A stretch of DNA of 62,595 bases, the filler included, from an uncultured Methanosarcinales archaeon (GTDB lineage: Archaea > Nanobdellota > Nanobdellia > Woesearchaeales > JABMPP01): assembly GCA_964604995.1 (NCBI GenBank). It is 6 parts of 5 records of this genome, joined end to end, with 100 filler letters (N's around TTAATTAATTAA, not from the genome) between each part and the next. Parts side by side here need not be neighbours in the genome. Positions count along the whole stretch, not along the records: positions 14,833 to 45,263 come from CAZSAD010000020.1; positions 45,364 to 62,595 come from CAZSAD010000033.1; 4 more parts are not named here. The stretch is one strand, 5' to 3'. Shown piece after piece: positions 42,825 through 53,223 of this stretch. Within the stretch, counting starts at the first letter, position 1. Each line of letters begins with the position of its first letter. Both the position numbers and the translations under genes were made by a program. The notes beneath the pieces are model-generated. The model did not search any database. It saw nothing but the letters and a program-made list of their open reading frames with translations, and was not told the DNA's origin.

Positions 42825-43826
42825 TTAGATTAGTTTAAAATCAACACAAATTCTAAATTGCCTTGGACCAATTTGCCCACATTTACTCCACCCTAATATT
42901 TTAAATTTTAATTTATTTTTTTTGCATGCTTTTTCTATGTTAGAATAAGTTTCTTTGGGATTGGGTATCAAATCTTTTTCTTCTATGAAATCATACAAAT
43001 GAACCATAGTATTTTTCTTAGCTACTCTAAAAGCCGCATTTAAAAAATCTTCTCCGCCTTTAGGTAAAGGCATAACTATCCTATTAAATTTCATTTTGAT
43101 TTTTGGAACTATTTTTTTTGCATCCCCTTTTAGACAAATCACATTTTTTAAATGATTAAGAGTTAGATTTTCAATTGCGTATTTGTGTGCTATTGGATTT
43201 ATTTCAACACCATATACTTTCAAAGCTTTGGAGTTTTTTGCAATTGTAATTGGATATACCCCACAACCAGAAAACATTACCAGAACATTTTCTTTGGGTT
43301 TTACTTGTAAAAAAATTCTTTTCCTTTCGTTTGAAAGTCTCGGAGAGAAATATACTTTTTCTACATCTAATTTTAATTGACAATTATGTTCTTTATGTAT
43401 TGTTTCTTTATTGTTTTTTCCCGCTAATAATTTTAGTTTTTGTGTTCTAAATGTACCGAAATGTGCTCCTTTTTTCTTGAAAACTGATTTAATATTTTTA
43501 TGTGAATTTAATATTCCTTCTGCTATATTTTTTTCACCTTTAACTAAATTTTTTGGTATTTCTATTATTGCAACATTTCCAACGATATCATATGCCCTAA
43601 TATTGGAAGGTTCTCTTAAATTTTGTTTTAAATCGTGTTTTTGAAAGTTGTAATCAATAAGTTTGCATTTAAAAGGAAGATTACTATTAGAAACAAGAGG
43701 TGTAACTGGAAAGTAAATGTATTTTTCATCACGAACAATTTTATAGTTTTTAAGAAGATAATTTTTAGCTACAAGATTAATCCTTACTTTTTCTGCACCC
43801 GTCATTTTAGCTTTTATGCATTTCAT
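42825..43826 (-). CDS. trm5: tRNA m1G37 methyltransferase, Trm5 family (Trm5a-like PxP motif)
   Basis: YDIVG, VYFSPRLSNER, MFSGCG, EINP, VMPLPK. Confidence 0.9.
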   Translation of the reverse strand: MKCIKAKMTGAEKVRINLVAKNYLLKNYKIVRDEKYIYFPVTPLVSNSNLPFKCKLIDYNFQKHDLKQNLREPSNIRAYDIVGNVAIIEIPKNLVKGEKNIAEGILNSHKNIKSVFKKKGAHFGTFRTQKLKLLAGKNNKETIHKEHNCQLKLDVEKVYFSPRLSNERKRIFLQVKPKENVLVMFSGCGVYPITIAKNSKALKVYGVEINPIAHKYAIENLTLNHLKNVICLKGDAKKIVPKIKMKFNRIVMPLPKGGEDFLNAAFRVAKKNTMVHLYDFIEEKDLIPNPKETYSNIEKACKKNKLKFKILGWSKCGQIGPRQFRICVDFKLI

Positions 43827-44526
43827 TTAATATCACCGCTGCTTTATCTGGATAGTTTGTAATTATACCATCTGCCCCTATTTTTACCATTTTTCTAATT
43901 CTCCATGAATTATTGACTGTAAATGGATAAACCTTTAAATTATTTTGATGTGATAATTTTATTAATTTTTCAGAGACTAATGAATAATGTGGATGAATAC
44001 TAAAACCTTTAATTTTTTTAAAAAGGTTTATTTTATTTTTCCATAAAAGAGAGGTTATGGCACCTATTTGAATATCTTCAATTGTGTTACTTAGATTAAT
44101 TAAGATTTTATCATTAAACGAACTGAATATCACTTCTTTTGGCCATCTTTTTTTAAAAACAATATCCACAATTTCCCTTTCTTGACCAATACAAGAATTT
44201 TTAAGTTCTATATTTAATTTTTTATTTTTGAGAATTTCTAATGTTTCTTGCAAAGAAAGAATTCTCCCACCTATTTTATTACTAAAAAAACTGTTATATA
44301 AAGGGTAGTGTTCCAATTGCTTAAATGTCAAATTAGAAATATAATTTAATCTTTTAGAGAGTCTAAATAAAAAATTGTCGTGACAAACTACAAAAATCCC
44401 ATCTTTGGTCATTTGAACATCAAATTCGACATAATCTACTTTTTGTTTAGTTGCTAGTTCAAATGAACTTGATGTATTCTCCAATTTATATCCTGAAGAT
44501 CCCCGATGTGCTATAATATCGACCAT
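43807..44526 (-). CDS. Glycerophosphodiester phosphodiesterase
   Basis: IAHRG..ENT, VEFDV, HD, NIELK, FTVN, DGIITNYP. Confidence 0.95.
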   Translation of the reverse strand: MVDIIAHRGSSGYKLENTSSSFELATKQKVDYVEFDVQMTKDGIFVVCHDNFLFRLSKRLNYISNLTFKQLEHYPLYNSFFSNKIGGRILSLQETLEILKNKKLNIELKNSCIGQEREIVDIVFKKRWPKEVIFSSFNDKILINLSNTIEDIQIGAITSLLWKNKINLFKKIKGFSIHPHYSLVSEKLIKLSHQNNLKVYPFTVNNSWRIRKMVKIGADGIITNYPDKAAVILNEMHKS

Positions 44527-44546
44527 GTTCCCTCTTTATTTACCAA

Positions 44547-45263
44547 TCAAAAAAAATCAGATAACCCTTTTTGTTGGTATGTTTGTTTATTAGTTTTGAG
44601 CCTTTCCAAAGTGGATTTAATTCTTTCTTCTGAAAAATCATGTTCATTAACTAGAAGTTTTAGTATCCTATCTTCATCTATATCTTTCCACTCCAATTTG
44701 CAATCATTTTGTAAAGGAATCTCTTTAAAAATTTTATATATCTCTTTCCAATCAAAATTATAATGTTTAACCCATTCAACTTCCTTAAAAAGTGAATCAA
44801 AATCATTTTTGTACTTTTGTAATAATTTAAGACCGTGTTTTGGACCTATTCCTTTTATCCCAGAAGAATTGTAGTCTGTACCTACTAAAATACCTAAAAC
44901 TATAAGCTGATCATTGTTAATATTTAAATGCATTAGATTTTCTTCTAAACTAATAATTTCAGGATTAATTTGTTCATATACTAATTTATTTCCTTTTTTT
45001 CTTCTACCTGTTACAGAAAGATTCCTAATAAGATAAGGTGCACCAAAAATTAAACTATCTGAGTCTTGTGATGAAACAGCATATGCTTGTTTATTTTTTA
45101 CCAAGAATGCTGCTTGAGCTTCCCCTTCCGATGGTGCTTGGATTATAGGTATCCCAAGACCCCCCAACAATTCTTTTGCTTCTTCAATCATTGTTTCAGT
45201 TAATCTTGAAGTTCGTGCTGCATATTTTTTCATTTGATCTATATCTTCTTTTTGAACTGCAAT
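44547..45263 (-). CDS. fen: Flap endonuclease 1, C-terminal part (5' end lost at contig edge)
   Basis: APSEGEAQAA, SQDSD, GTDY, GIGPK, PIP box QKGLSDFF. Confidence 0.96.
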   Translation of the reverse strand: MAVQKEDIDQMKKYAARTSRLTETMIEEAKELLGGLGIPIIQAPSEGEAQAAFLVKNKQAYAVSSQDSDSLIFGAPYLIRNLSVTGRRKKGNKLVYEQINPEIISLEENLMHLNINNDQLIVLGILVGTDYNSSGIKGIGPKHGLKLLQKYKNDFDSLFKEVEWVKHYNFDWKEIYKIFKEIPLQNDCKLEWKDIDEDRILKLLVNEHDFSEERIKSTLERLKTNKQTYQQKGLSDFF

Positions 45264-45363
45264 NNNNNNNNNNNNNNNNNNNNNNNNNNNNNNNNNNNNN
45301 NNNNNNNTTAATTAATTAANNNNNNNNNNNNNNNNNNNNNNNNNNNNNNNNNNNNNNNNNNNN
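45264..45363. other. Artificial contig linker
   Basis: N-TTAATTAATTAA-N. Confidence 0.99.
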
Positions 45364-45641
45364 TCTTCAATCCCAGTATTAATTGGGTTTGATGCTGTAT
45401 TGATTTCATTTGATATTTTTTCTCTTCTTATATATTTTAACCAAGGAGCAGAATTTTGAAATTTATAGGCTTCAATAAAATTTTTAATGTCTTCTGTTGA
45501 ACCATCATCAACAATCAAGTGAATAAACCCTAGATTAGAAATATTTTGAGCTGCGACACTATTAATAGTTTGTTTTAAATAGATTAATCGATTGTTTTCT
45601 TTTGTAGCATATACGGGAGTTATTACTGCAACTGTTGCCAT
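45364..45641 (-). CDS. Glycosyltransferase family 2, N-terminal fragment
   Basis: VAVITPVY, SVAAQ, LIVDDGSTE. Confidence 0.85.
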
Positions 45642-46019
45642 AAATGTTGGAAAGAATATAAGGGTATAAAAAGTTATCTAATTTGTTACTACTAAAAGGT
45701 TTAAAAAATATTAATCCTATTTTTGGACATAAATTGTTAAGAAATTTAGCTAAAATGTTTCCAACACTTCGTGTTAAAGTAATTCCAGTTGAAAATATAG
45801 AATGGTTAGTTAATGATCCGGCAATGAAGGAATAAAAAATATTTAAGAGATGATAAAAAATATATGAGTTTTGCACTATAATCTATATTAGGATAGAGCA
45901 ACAGATTGTAATAAAATAAGTAAGAGGTATGGGGACCATATAATTTAAAGATATATAATTCAAAGTCGAAAAAAATCTTATGAACCTTTATCATATGGTA
46001 ATCATTTCTTGTATTTAAT

Positions 46020-46574
46020 ATGGAAAAACCCAATATTAATATCCCAAGATTAACTAAAAACGAACAAAAAGTACTTAAAAAAATAATAGATCAGGCTAAA
46101 ATTCCAGATTTAGAGATAGCCAAAGGAATGGGTATTTCTCAGCAAGCAATTTTTAGGATTAGGCACAAACTTGAAAGTTCAGGAATAATAAAAGGGTATA
46201 TGCCTATAATTGATTTTAAAAAAATAGGAGTTGAAACCCTGGTTGTTTTGGGTATAAAATTCACAGAACATGTTTGGGAAAAATATTCAGAGGAACAACT
46301 TTCTGAAATAATACAAAAAATTCCAGAAGTAATAACTTCTTATAGAATTCCTGAATCTGAGATATCACATTTATTAGTTATGGGATTTAAAAATATGGAG
46401 AGTAAGGATAGATACCTTATGAAATTACAGTCAAAATATGTAAAAGAAATTCAAATAGTACATGCTTATCCATTTTCAGTAGATAGAATAATTAAATCAA
46501 ATCATATTGGTTTATTAAACATAATTCTCGACAAGAAAGAGTCATTTTCAAGTGAATTCTTTTTAGGTAAATAA
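46020..46574 (+). CDS. Lrp/AsnC family transcriptional regulator
   Basis: HTH EIAKGMGISQQAIFRIRHKLESSGIIKGY..IDFKKIG. Confidence 0.9.
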   Translation: MEKPNINIPRLTKNEQKVLKKIIDQAKIPDLEIAKGMGISQQAIFRIRHKLESSGIIKGYMPIIDFKKIGVETLVVLGIKFTEHVWEKYSEEQLSEIIQKIPEVITSYRIPESEISHLLVMGFKNMESKDRYLMKLQSKYVKEIQIVHAYPFSVDRIIKSNHIGLLNIILDKKESFSSEFFLGK

Positions 46575-46629
46575 CTACTTTTTAAAAGGGTTTTGTTAAT
46601 TTTTACTACTATATATTGTTATAGTTCAA

Positions 46630-46827
46630 GTGCTTAATACTATTGTGGTTAAATCAATTGGGATAGTTATTTGTAAGCATTGCAAGAAGCAAATTAATAA
46701 TAAAGCAAAACTTGTTGGGCTTTCATTTGTATGTCCTTATTGTGGAAAACCATGTGAAGAAGTATTAAAAAAGAGTATAAATAAAAAACATACAAAAAAA
46801 TTAATTAAAAAATTAATTAATACATAA
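46630..46827 (+). CDS. Small zinc-ribbon protein
   Basis: CKHC and CPYC pairs. Confidence 0.5.
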   Translation: MLNTIVVKSIGIVICKHCKKQINNKAKLVGLSFVCPYCGKPCEEVLKKSINKKHTKKLIKKLINT

Positions 46828-46993
46828 ACAGTTGTTAGTATATATAAATAAAATCATTAGTATAAATAATTACATGACCCCATATAACCTTGAGCAGAAG
46901 ATTATATTCTGCTCTTAAGGTAATTTATTCTTAAGGTAGATTAGTATTCGAGTATATAATTATTCAATTTATTTTTTTATATAGGTGAGAAAA

Positions 46994-47161
46994 ATGGAGC
47001 AGAAAATATTTAATAATAAGGCGCATAGCTTTGATACTTCAGATTTGAAAAGTGAATTTGACACTTTATTTGATACTGAAGACATAGTTTATAAAAGAAG
47101 GTATGAACAAATAGATAATAAAAATAATAATCCCTCTTTCCCAGAAATACCTTCTTATTGA
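46994..47161 (+). CDS. Small hypothetical protein, 55 aa, below the ORF-track cutoff
   Basis: AGGTGA RBS; MEQKIFNNK...FPEIPSY*. Confidence 0.55.
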   Translation: MEQKIFNNKAHSFDTSDLKSEFDTLFDTEDIVYKRRYEQIDNKNNNPSFPEIPSY

Positions 47162-47221
47162 AGGAGGATTAGATTTTTCTTATAAATTTAAAATAAAAAA
47201 ATAAAAGATGGTTTTTTGCAT

Positions 47222-47788
47222 TTAACCGCCGCAACCGCATCCGCCGCCATTTGCTGTGCAACTACCGCCTGCTAATTTTGGCGCTGTTGCTTGAATTTTT
47301 GCATTTGGATTTGATGTGCCATCTGAATTTACAACTTCAAATGAACCAGGGCCCATTCCCATTGAACATGTTATCCAAAATGTTCCAGTTTTATCTGGTG
47401 TAAATTCAATTATGTTATCGCCAGGCCTTATTGTTTTTCTTACATTAAAGTCCCTTATGACAACATTTACCATACATCCACTTAATGTGGCTGCATCAAC
47501 TTCAACTCTTACAGGAACACCCTTCACTAATTTGTTTGGTGTTAATTTATATGAAAAATCAACTAATGCAAGTTTTGCATTTTGCACTCCACCTGCGGGG
47601 ATATTTACCACATTATTACCATTACTTCCTAAATCATTTGAAGGATTATTTGTATAATATGTTCCTGCTCCAAAATTATTTGTTGCCATTATATTTTTTG
47701 CAGAAAATCCAAAAACTAATACAATTATTAGTATTGCCATTCCTATAATATATTTTTTTATTGTCATTTTTTTCTCCTCCTTTATCAT
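47222..47788 (-). CDS. Cupredoxin-like domain protein with C-terminal Cys/Gly tail
   Basis: N-terminal TM, GCM, IEFTPDKTG..TCSMGM, tail GGSCTANGGGCGCGG. Confidence 0.85.
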   Translation of the reverse strand: MIKEEKKMTIKKYIIGMAILIIVLVFGFSAKNIMATNNFGAGTYYTNNPSNDLGSNGNNVVNIPAGGVQNAKLALVDFSYKLTPNKLVKGVPVRVEVDAATLSGCMVNVVIRDFNVRKTIRPGDNIIEFTPDKTGTFWITCSMGMGPGSFEVVNSDGTSNPNAKIQATAPKLAGGSCTANGGGCGCGG

Positions 47789-47836
47789 TCATTTTTATTA
47801 TTAATTATTTTAATGATTTTTTATTCCAGTTATTAT

Positions 47837-48760
47837 TTATCCAAACAATGGCGATTTTGGACCGTATATCATAATTAGTGTTAGTATTGTAGTAATTATT
47901 ATACATGCTGATACAAATGTCATAAAATCTGAGGATTTTATTTTTACATTTTTCTTTCCTTCTACAACTTCCTCATAAAATAAATATATCAATCCTAAAA
48001 GTATCACTACATTGATTAACATATAATAGGGCATGAAGATTAGTACATGGTCTGTAAACATCATTATAGTTATCATAGCGCCCATTGTTCCTGCCATCAC
48101 ACCTGACATCATGCCTTGCACAGCTCCCATTATACCGCATACTGCGCCTGTTAAAGTTCCTGCAATGACAGCTACTGTCATTCCAACAATTGCTCCTGTG
48201 AAAAAACCATTTGATCCGCCAACAACAGCGCCAATCATCATTCCAGATTGCATTCCAACTGTCATTCCTATCATCATACCTGTCATACAGGTAACATTTC
48301 CTTTATATGATGACATGTACCATATTGTTGCTCCAATACTTGCAACACTTAAATCTAAATAAAATAACCACCATGCATAATGACTAAAAAAATTAGGAAT
48401 AGCACTATCTAAAAATCCCACAAATGCAACAGCGTCAAGTGCAAGTAATATTATAAATGCTAAAAAACCGTACTGTATTGCTTCAATGACTGTTTCATAT
48501 TTATGGGTATTCTCCTTAAAATCTTTCCATCTTTCACTGAATGATTTTCTCTCAAATGGTCTAACTGATGCTCTAAATCCCAAGTCCTCAACAGCTACAA
48601 CAAGGTCTTCTGCTTTGATAGTATTATCATTATATTCTATATCCATTGAATCAAAGTGGATTTTATGATTTGAAACTCCTTCTATTTTTGAAAATTTTTT
48701 ATCAATAAGCTTTGAACAGCTTTCACATTCAATATCTGGGATATATATTTTTGTTTTCAT
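47837..48760 (-). CDS. HMA-domain membrane protein with Met/Gly-rich TM region
   Basis: MKTKIYIPDIECESC HMA domain; TCMTGMMIGMTVGMQSGMM...GMMSGVMAGTMGAM. Confidence 0.8.
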   Translation of the reverse strand: MKTKIYIPDIECESCSKLIDKKFSKIEGVSNHKIHFDSMDIEYNDNTIKAEDLVVAVEDLGFRASVRPFERKSFSERWKDFKENTHKYETVIEAIQYGFLAFIILLALDAVAFVGFLDSAIPNFFSHYAWWLFYLDLSVASIGATIWYMSSYKGNVTCMTGMMIGMTVGMQSGMMIGAVVGGSNGFFTGAIVGMTVAVIAGTLTGAVCGIMGAVQGMMSGVMAGTMGAMITIMMFTDHVLIFMPYYMLINVVILLGLIYLFYEEVVEGKKNVKIKSSDFMTFVSACIIITTILTLIMIYGPKSPLFG

Positions 48761-48779
48761 TTTTTTAACACCCCTAACT

Positions 48780-51005
48780 TTATAATTTTGCTTTTTTAAG
48801 TAGTAATGAATTTGTAACAACACTTACACTACTTAGTGCCATTGCTCCACCTGCAATTATTGGTGAAAGTAACCAACCTGTAAATGGATACAAGACTCCT
48901 GCTGCAATTGGTATTCCTAAAACATTATAGAACAATGCCCAAAACATATTTTGTTTTATTTTTGCCATTGTTTGTTTACTTAGTTTAATTGCTTTAGGAA
49001 CATCTAAAAGATCATTTTTCATAAGAACAATGTTTCCAGATTCCATTGCAACATCTGTTCCTGAGCCCATTGCAATTCCAATATCTGCTTGCGCTAAAGC
49101 AGGAGCATCATTGATACCATCGCCAACCATCACAACTTTTGATGGATTGCCTTTTTTATCTTTTATATCTTGTAATTTTTTCACATAATTGGCTTTATCT
49201 TCAGGTAACACTTGCGCAAATACATTAGTTTCATTCATACCTGCTTGCTTTGCAATAGCTACAGCAGTTCTAACATTGTCTCCAGTAATCATATATACAT
49301 TAATGCCCATATCTTGCAATTGTTTTACTGCAAGAGAGGATGTTTCTTTTATTGTATCTGCAACTGCAATTATTCCAAGTAATTTTTTTGCTTTAGCATT
49401 TGCAAGAAGCATTACTGTTTTTCCTTGCTCTTCTAAACTTTGTATTTCATTTTCATATTTGTTTACTGAAATTTTTTGCTTTTGCATTAATTTAAAATTA
49501 CCAAAATAATATTGTTTATTTGTAAATTTTGCAGTAATTCCATATCCAGGAATGGCTTTAAAATTTGTAACTTTAGTTATTTGAATATTTTCTTCTTGTG
49601 CTTTTCTTACAATTGCTTCAGCTAGAGGATGTTCTGAAGGCTTTTCTATGCTTGCTGCAATTTTTAGCAATTTATCTTTTGAAGTGCTTTTGTCAAAAGA
49701 TATAATATCTGTTGTTTCGGGTTTGCCATTTGTAATTGTTCCAGTTTTATCAAAAATTACATATTTTACTTTATGAGCAGCTTCCAAAGAATCAGCTCCT
49801 TTGATTAGTATTCCTTCTTTTGCACCTTTTCCTGTTCCAACTATTATTGATGTTGGTGTTGCAAGACCTAATGCACATGGGCATGCAATCACTAAAACTG
49901 AAACTGCAGTTATAAGTGAAAATGCTAATGATTTTGCTGCCCAAAAATACCAAACACTAAATGTTACAAGAGCAATAAATATTACTGTTGGGACAAAATA
50001 AGCTGAGATATTGTCTGCAAATCTTTGTATAGGGGCTTTTTTTCCTTGTGCATCTTCTATTAATTTGATTATACTAGCAAGAGTTGTATTCTCCCCAATT
50101 TTTGTTGCTTTAAATGTAAATGTACCATGTTTGTTAATTGTTCCACCAATAACAGTATCTCCTTTTTTCTTTTCTATTGGAATGCTCTCTCCAGTAATCA
50201 TACTTTCATCAACAGAAGATAAACCTTCAATTAGAATTCCATCTACTGGCACTTTTTCACCAGGTTTTACAATTATAATATCATTCAAAACTACTTCATC
50301 AACTGATATTTGAATTTCTTTTTTATTTCTAATAACAGTTGCTATTTTTGGTGAAAGCTCCATAAGTTTTTTTATTGCTTCTGATGTTTTTCCTTTGGCT
50401 TTTGCTTCTAAGTATCTACCAAAAATTACAAATGTAATAAGAATTGCAGATGTTTCAAAATATTGTCCAACTGTTGGATCAAAAAATATAGCATAGACAC
50501 TAAATAAATAAGCAGCAGTTGTTCCAATAGCTATTAATGAATCCATATTCGCTGTTTTGTTTTTTAATGCAACCCATGCACTTTTGTAAATATCAGATGC
50601 TGCAATAAATTGTACAGGTGTTGCTAGCAAGAATAAAATGAATAAATCGTAGGGTATTTTTACACCAAGTGGCATTAATACCATACCAATTAAAAATGCA
50701 GGAATAGTAAATATTAAACTAAAGAACAAGTTATTTTTTATGTCACCTATTTCTTTTTTTTGTGATGCTTCTCTGTCAATTGCATCATTTTTTCCACCAA
50801 GTGATGCACCATAACCTTTATTTTTAACAACTGTAATTAAATCTTCTTCACTAAGTTTACTTTCATCAAAAACAATTCTAGCTTTTGCAGTAGCATAATT
50901 TACATTTGCTTCAGTTACACCATCTGCTTTTGATAATGCCCTATTTATCAAAGTTGAACAACTTGCACAATGCATTCCTGTTATATTTAAGTCGATTTTT
51001 TTCAT
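48780..51005 (-). CDS. copA: Cu(I)-exporting P1B-1 ATPase
   Basis: GMHCASC, TGES, CPC, DKTGT, HP, GDGIND, YN, MALSS. Confidence 0.96.
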   Translation of the reverse strand: MKKIDLNITGMHCASCSTLINRALSKADGVTEANVNYATAKARIVFDESKLSEEDLITVVKNKGYGASLGGKNDAIDREASQKKEIGDIKNNLFFSLIFTIPAFLIGMVLMPLGVKIPYDLFILFLLATPVQFIAASDIYKSAWVALKNKTANMDSLIAIGTTAAYLFSVYAIFFDPTVGQYFETSAILITFVIFGRYLEAKAKGKTSEAIKKLMELSPKIATVIRNKKEIQISVDEVVLNDIIIVKPGEKVPVDGILIEGLSSVDESMITGESIPIEKKKGDTVIGGTINKHGTFTFKATKIGENTTLASIIKLIEDAQGKKAPIQRFADNISAYFVPTVIFIALVTFSVWYFWAAKSLAFSLITAVSVLVIACPCALGLATPTSIIVGTGKGAKEGILIKGADSLEAAHKVKYVIFDKTGTITNGKPETTDIISFDKSTSKDKLLKIAASIEKPSEHPLAEAIVRKAQEENIQITKVTNFKAIPGYGITAKFTNKQYYFGNFKLMQKQKISVNKYENEIQSLEEQGKTVMLLANAKAKKLLGIIAVADTIKETSSLAVKQLQDMGINVYMITGDNVRTAVAIAKQAGMNETNVFAQVLPEDKANYVKKLQDIKDKKGNPSKVVMVGDGINDAPALAQADIGIAMGSGTDVAMESGNIVLMKNDLLDVPKAIKLSKQTMAKIKQNMFWALFYNVLGIPIAAGVLYPFTGWLLSPIIAGGAMALSSVSVVTNSLLLKKAKL

Positions 51006-51016
51006 TTTGTTTGCCT

Positions 51017-51232
51017 TTATTTTGCTAAAGCTGCGTCATAACCTTCTTTTTTTATGATACTAATTAATTGTTTTTCGTCAATTAATTTTTCATCGAATTT
51101 TACTATTGCAGAATTTTTCTTTAAATTGACAACAGCATCTTTTACACCTTTTTGCTCAGTTAGAGAATCTACAATTAATATTGCACAACTATTGCAATGC
51201 ATCCCAGTTATGTTTAATTTGATTTCTTTCAT
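51017..51232 (-). CDS. copZ: Copper chaperone (HMA domain)
   Basis: GMHCNSC, 71 aa, directly upstream of copA. Confidence 0.9.
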   Translation of the reverse strand: MKEIKLNITGMHCNSCAILIVDSLTEQKGVKDAVVNLKKNSAIVKFDEKLIDEKQLISIIKKEGYDAALAK

Positions 51233-51247
51233 GATTCCACCCTTTGT

Positions 51248-52123
51248 TTATACCAAACCACTTGTTATTGGCATTATTGTTTTATTAAGATATTGTTTAA
51301 GTGAAAATGTTTTTTTAGTGGTATTAAAAATAAAAAAATCGTTTTCAACAATGTGCATCATATCTAATGGAGTATTGGTTTCTTTTGCAATTCCCACAAT
51401 TATTACATCTTTATCAAAAAAACTATTTATAGTATCTCCAATTTTTGTGAAGAGTTTTTCTTCTTGCATCATCTTTGCTTCTTTTGAACCAATAATTATA
51501 GGATAATAAGATTTGTTGTCAATTATATGCTTAAAAAATAAACTCATGTCTCCATCAGCAAATTCGATTTTAACTGGCGATGGATTGTCTTTGTTATATA
51601 AGTAAAATAGTTTAGGGGTATTTTCATCTTTGAATTTAACTAGCAATACATCACTTTGTGCGTTTAATTGTTTATATTCCTCATTATTTATAAAATGAAA
51701 GTCATCTGCAAAAGTTCCAGTTTTTGTAAGCATGCCATCAACTCTAAAAGTTATGTTGTAATCAGTTATTGTATCTCCTATATTTTTGAATTCATCTTCT
51801 TTTTGCATCATTGCACCTTCTTCGCTACCTAACACTACTCCTCCAATTTCAGGAATTGAATTACCTTTAGATGCTTTAATTTTAGCTAGAGCATTATTTT
51901 TAGCAAGAGCAAAAATATCAATATTTCCTTCATCTGTATATCCTGCTTTTAATTGAATATCTTTTAGTAAGGATACATCAATATTTATATTATTTTTAGA
52001 TTCCATAACTTGAATTTTATCTGATGCACCTAATGTAAAATACATAGCACTTCCAATAATTAACAATAATGCCACAATTATTGTTGGTGTTTTCCTTTGC
52101 ATAAAATATTCTTTTCCAATCAT
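51248..52123 (-). CDS. Membrane-anchored protein with an internally duplicated domain
   Basis: N-terminal TM; two copies of GS.E..MMQ.E..F..IGDTI...G...T.T..D..H. Confidence 0.75.
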   Translation of the reverse strand: MIGKEYFMQRKTPTIIVALLLIIGSAMYFTLGASDKIQVMESKNNINIDVSLLKDIQLKAGYTDEGNIDIFALAKNNALAKIKASKGNSIPEIGGVVLGSEEGAMMQKEDEFKNIGDTITDYNITFRVDGMLTKTGTFADDFHFINNEEYKQLNAQSDVLLVKFKDENTPKLFYLYNKDNPSPVKIEFADGDMSLFFKHIIDNKSYYPIIIGSKEAKMMQEEKLFTKIGDTINSFFDKDVIIVGIAKETNTPLDMMHIVENDFFIFNTTKKTFSLKQYLNKTIMPITSGLV

Positions 52124-52202
52124 TTTGCTTCCCTCAAGATATTTTGTTAATTTTTATTTTATTAATTTTTAGTTTGTTAATTTTTAGGTTATTAGTATCA
52201 GT

Positions 52203-52433
52203 TTAATTTTCCAACTCTTTTTTCATTTCATTATATTCTTTGGTTGTTATTTTACCATTTGCATATCTTGTTTTGAGTATTGCTTTTGGGTTTTGTTCTG
52301 TTTTTGCTTTATTCTGACTGATTAGCCAAACAACAAGCCAGATTATTGCTGCCCAAAATATTATCATTAAGGTTAATCCGAAAAATCCCATTCCGAATCC
52401 TAAATTCCATCCAAAATCATTAAATCTCATCAT
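52203..52433 (-). CDS. SHOCT domain membrane protein
   Basis: TM helix + ILKTRYANGKITTKEYNEMK. Confidence 0.88.
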   Translation of the reverse strand: MMRFNDFGWNLGFGMGFFGLTLMIIFWAAIIWLVVWLISQNKAKTEQNPKAILKTRYANGKITTKEYNEMKKELEN

Positions 52434-52506
52434 TTGCTTTGTCTCGAGTGAAAATTATTATTATAACATTAAGTATGATTGAAAGATATATATACTAATG
52501 GCAGCT

Positions 52507-52520
52507 TAACTCTAGAGTTA
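52507..52520. promoter_or_regulatory. Perfect 14-bp palindrome, candidate operator between divergent promoters
   Basis: TAACTCTAGAGTTA between TATA-like ATATATATA (52486-94) and TTTATAAA (52533-40). Confidence 0.6.
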
Positions 52521-52563
52521 TCCTCCAGAAACTTTATAAAGGATAAATTGTGTATTCTTTGTA

Positions 52564-53223
52564 ATGTCGACAATATTTATGTCTCCAGAATGGTTTTTAG
52601 GGTACGATGTATTTTTTGAACTATTCTTTTTTGTAATCGCTTTTATTACAGCAATATATGCATTAAAAGTGTATAAAGCTACAAATCAGAAACTTGCGAA
52701 ATATTTTGGTTATGGATTTTTGTTAGTAGCAATGGCTTATTTTATGCAATCATTATCCAATTATTTAGTATATTCCCAGTTAAACAATCAAATATGTAGA
52801 ATAGCAAATCTTGCCTCCACTGCCATAGTAGATGCGATTGGCACTTATTCTTACATACTTTTAATGATTTCTGGACTTGTTGTATTGTTATTTGTAAGTT
52901 TGAAAAGTGATAAGAAGCGAACATTATGGATATTATTGTTTGTATCTATTACTGCAATAATGCTAAGCAAGAATCCAATGTATTCATTTTATTTATTATC
53001 ATCATTATATCTTGCATTTATTGCATGGCACTTTATAGAAAACTACTTGAAAAATAAAAGAGCAATAACATTAAGTGTAGCATTGGCATTCATATTTTTA
53101 TGGTTTGGAACATTCCATTTCTTAATTTCAGTTAACCATGAATTATTTTATGTCATTGGTCACATTCTTGCATTTTTTGCGTATATTATGATTCTAATAA
53201 ATTGGTACCTTGTAAGAAAATGA
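52564..53223 (+). CDS. Seven-TM membrane protein of unknown function
   Basis: About 7 hydrophobic helices; several His in the C-terminal helices. Confidence 0.75.
   Translation: MSTIFMSPEWFLGYDVFFELFFFVIAFITAIYALKVYKATNQKLAKYFGYGFLLVAMAYFMQSLSNYLVYSQLNNQICRIANLASTAIVDAIGTYSYILLMISGLVVLLFVSLKSDKKRTLWILLFVSITAIMLSKNPMYSFYLLSSLYLAFIAWHFIENYLKNKRAITLSVALAFIFLWFGTFHFLISVNHELFYVIGHILAFFAYIMILINWYLVRK

Noticed and set aside
45700..45835. Short plus-strand frame (...MFPTLRVKVIPVENIEWLVNDPAMKE*)
   Set aside because: No clear RBS or recognisable motif; cannot be supported as a gene
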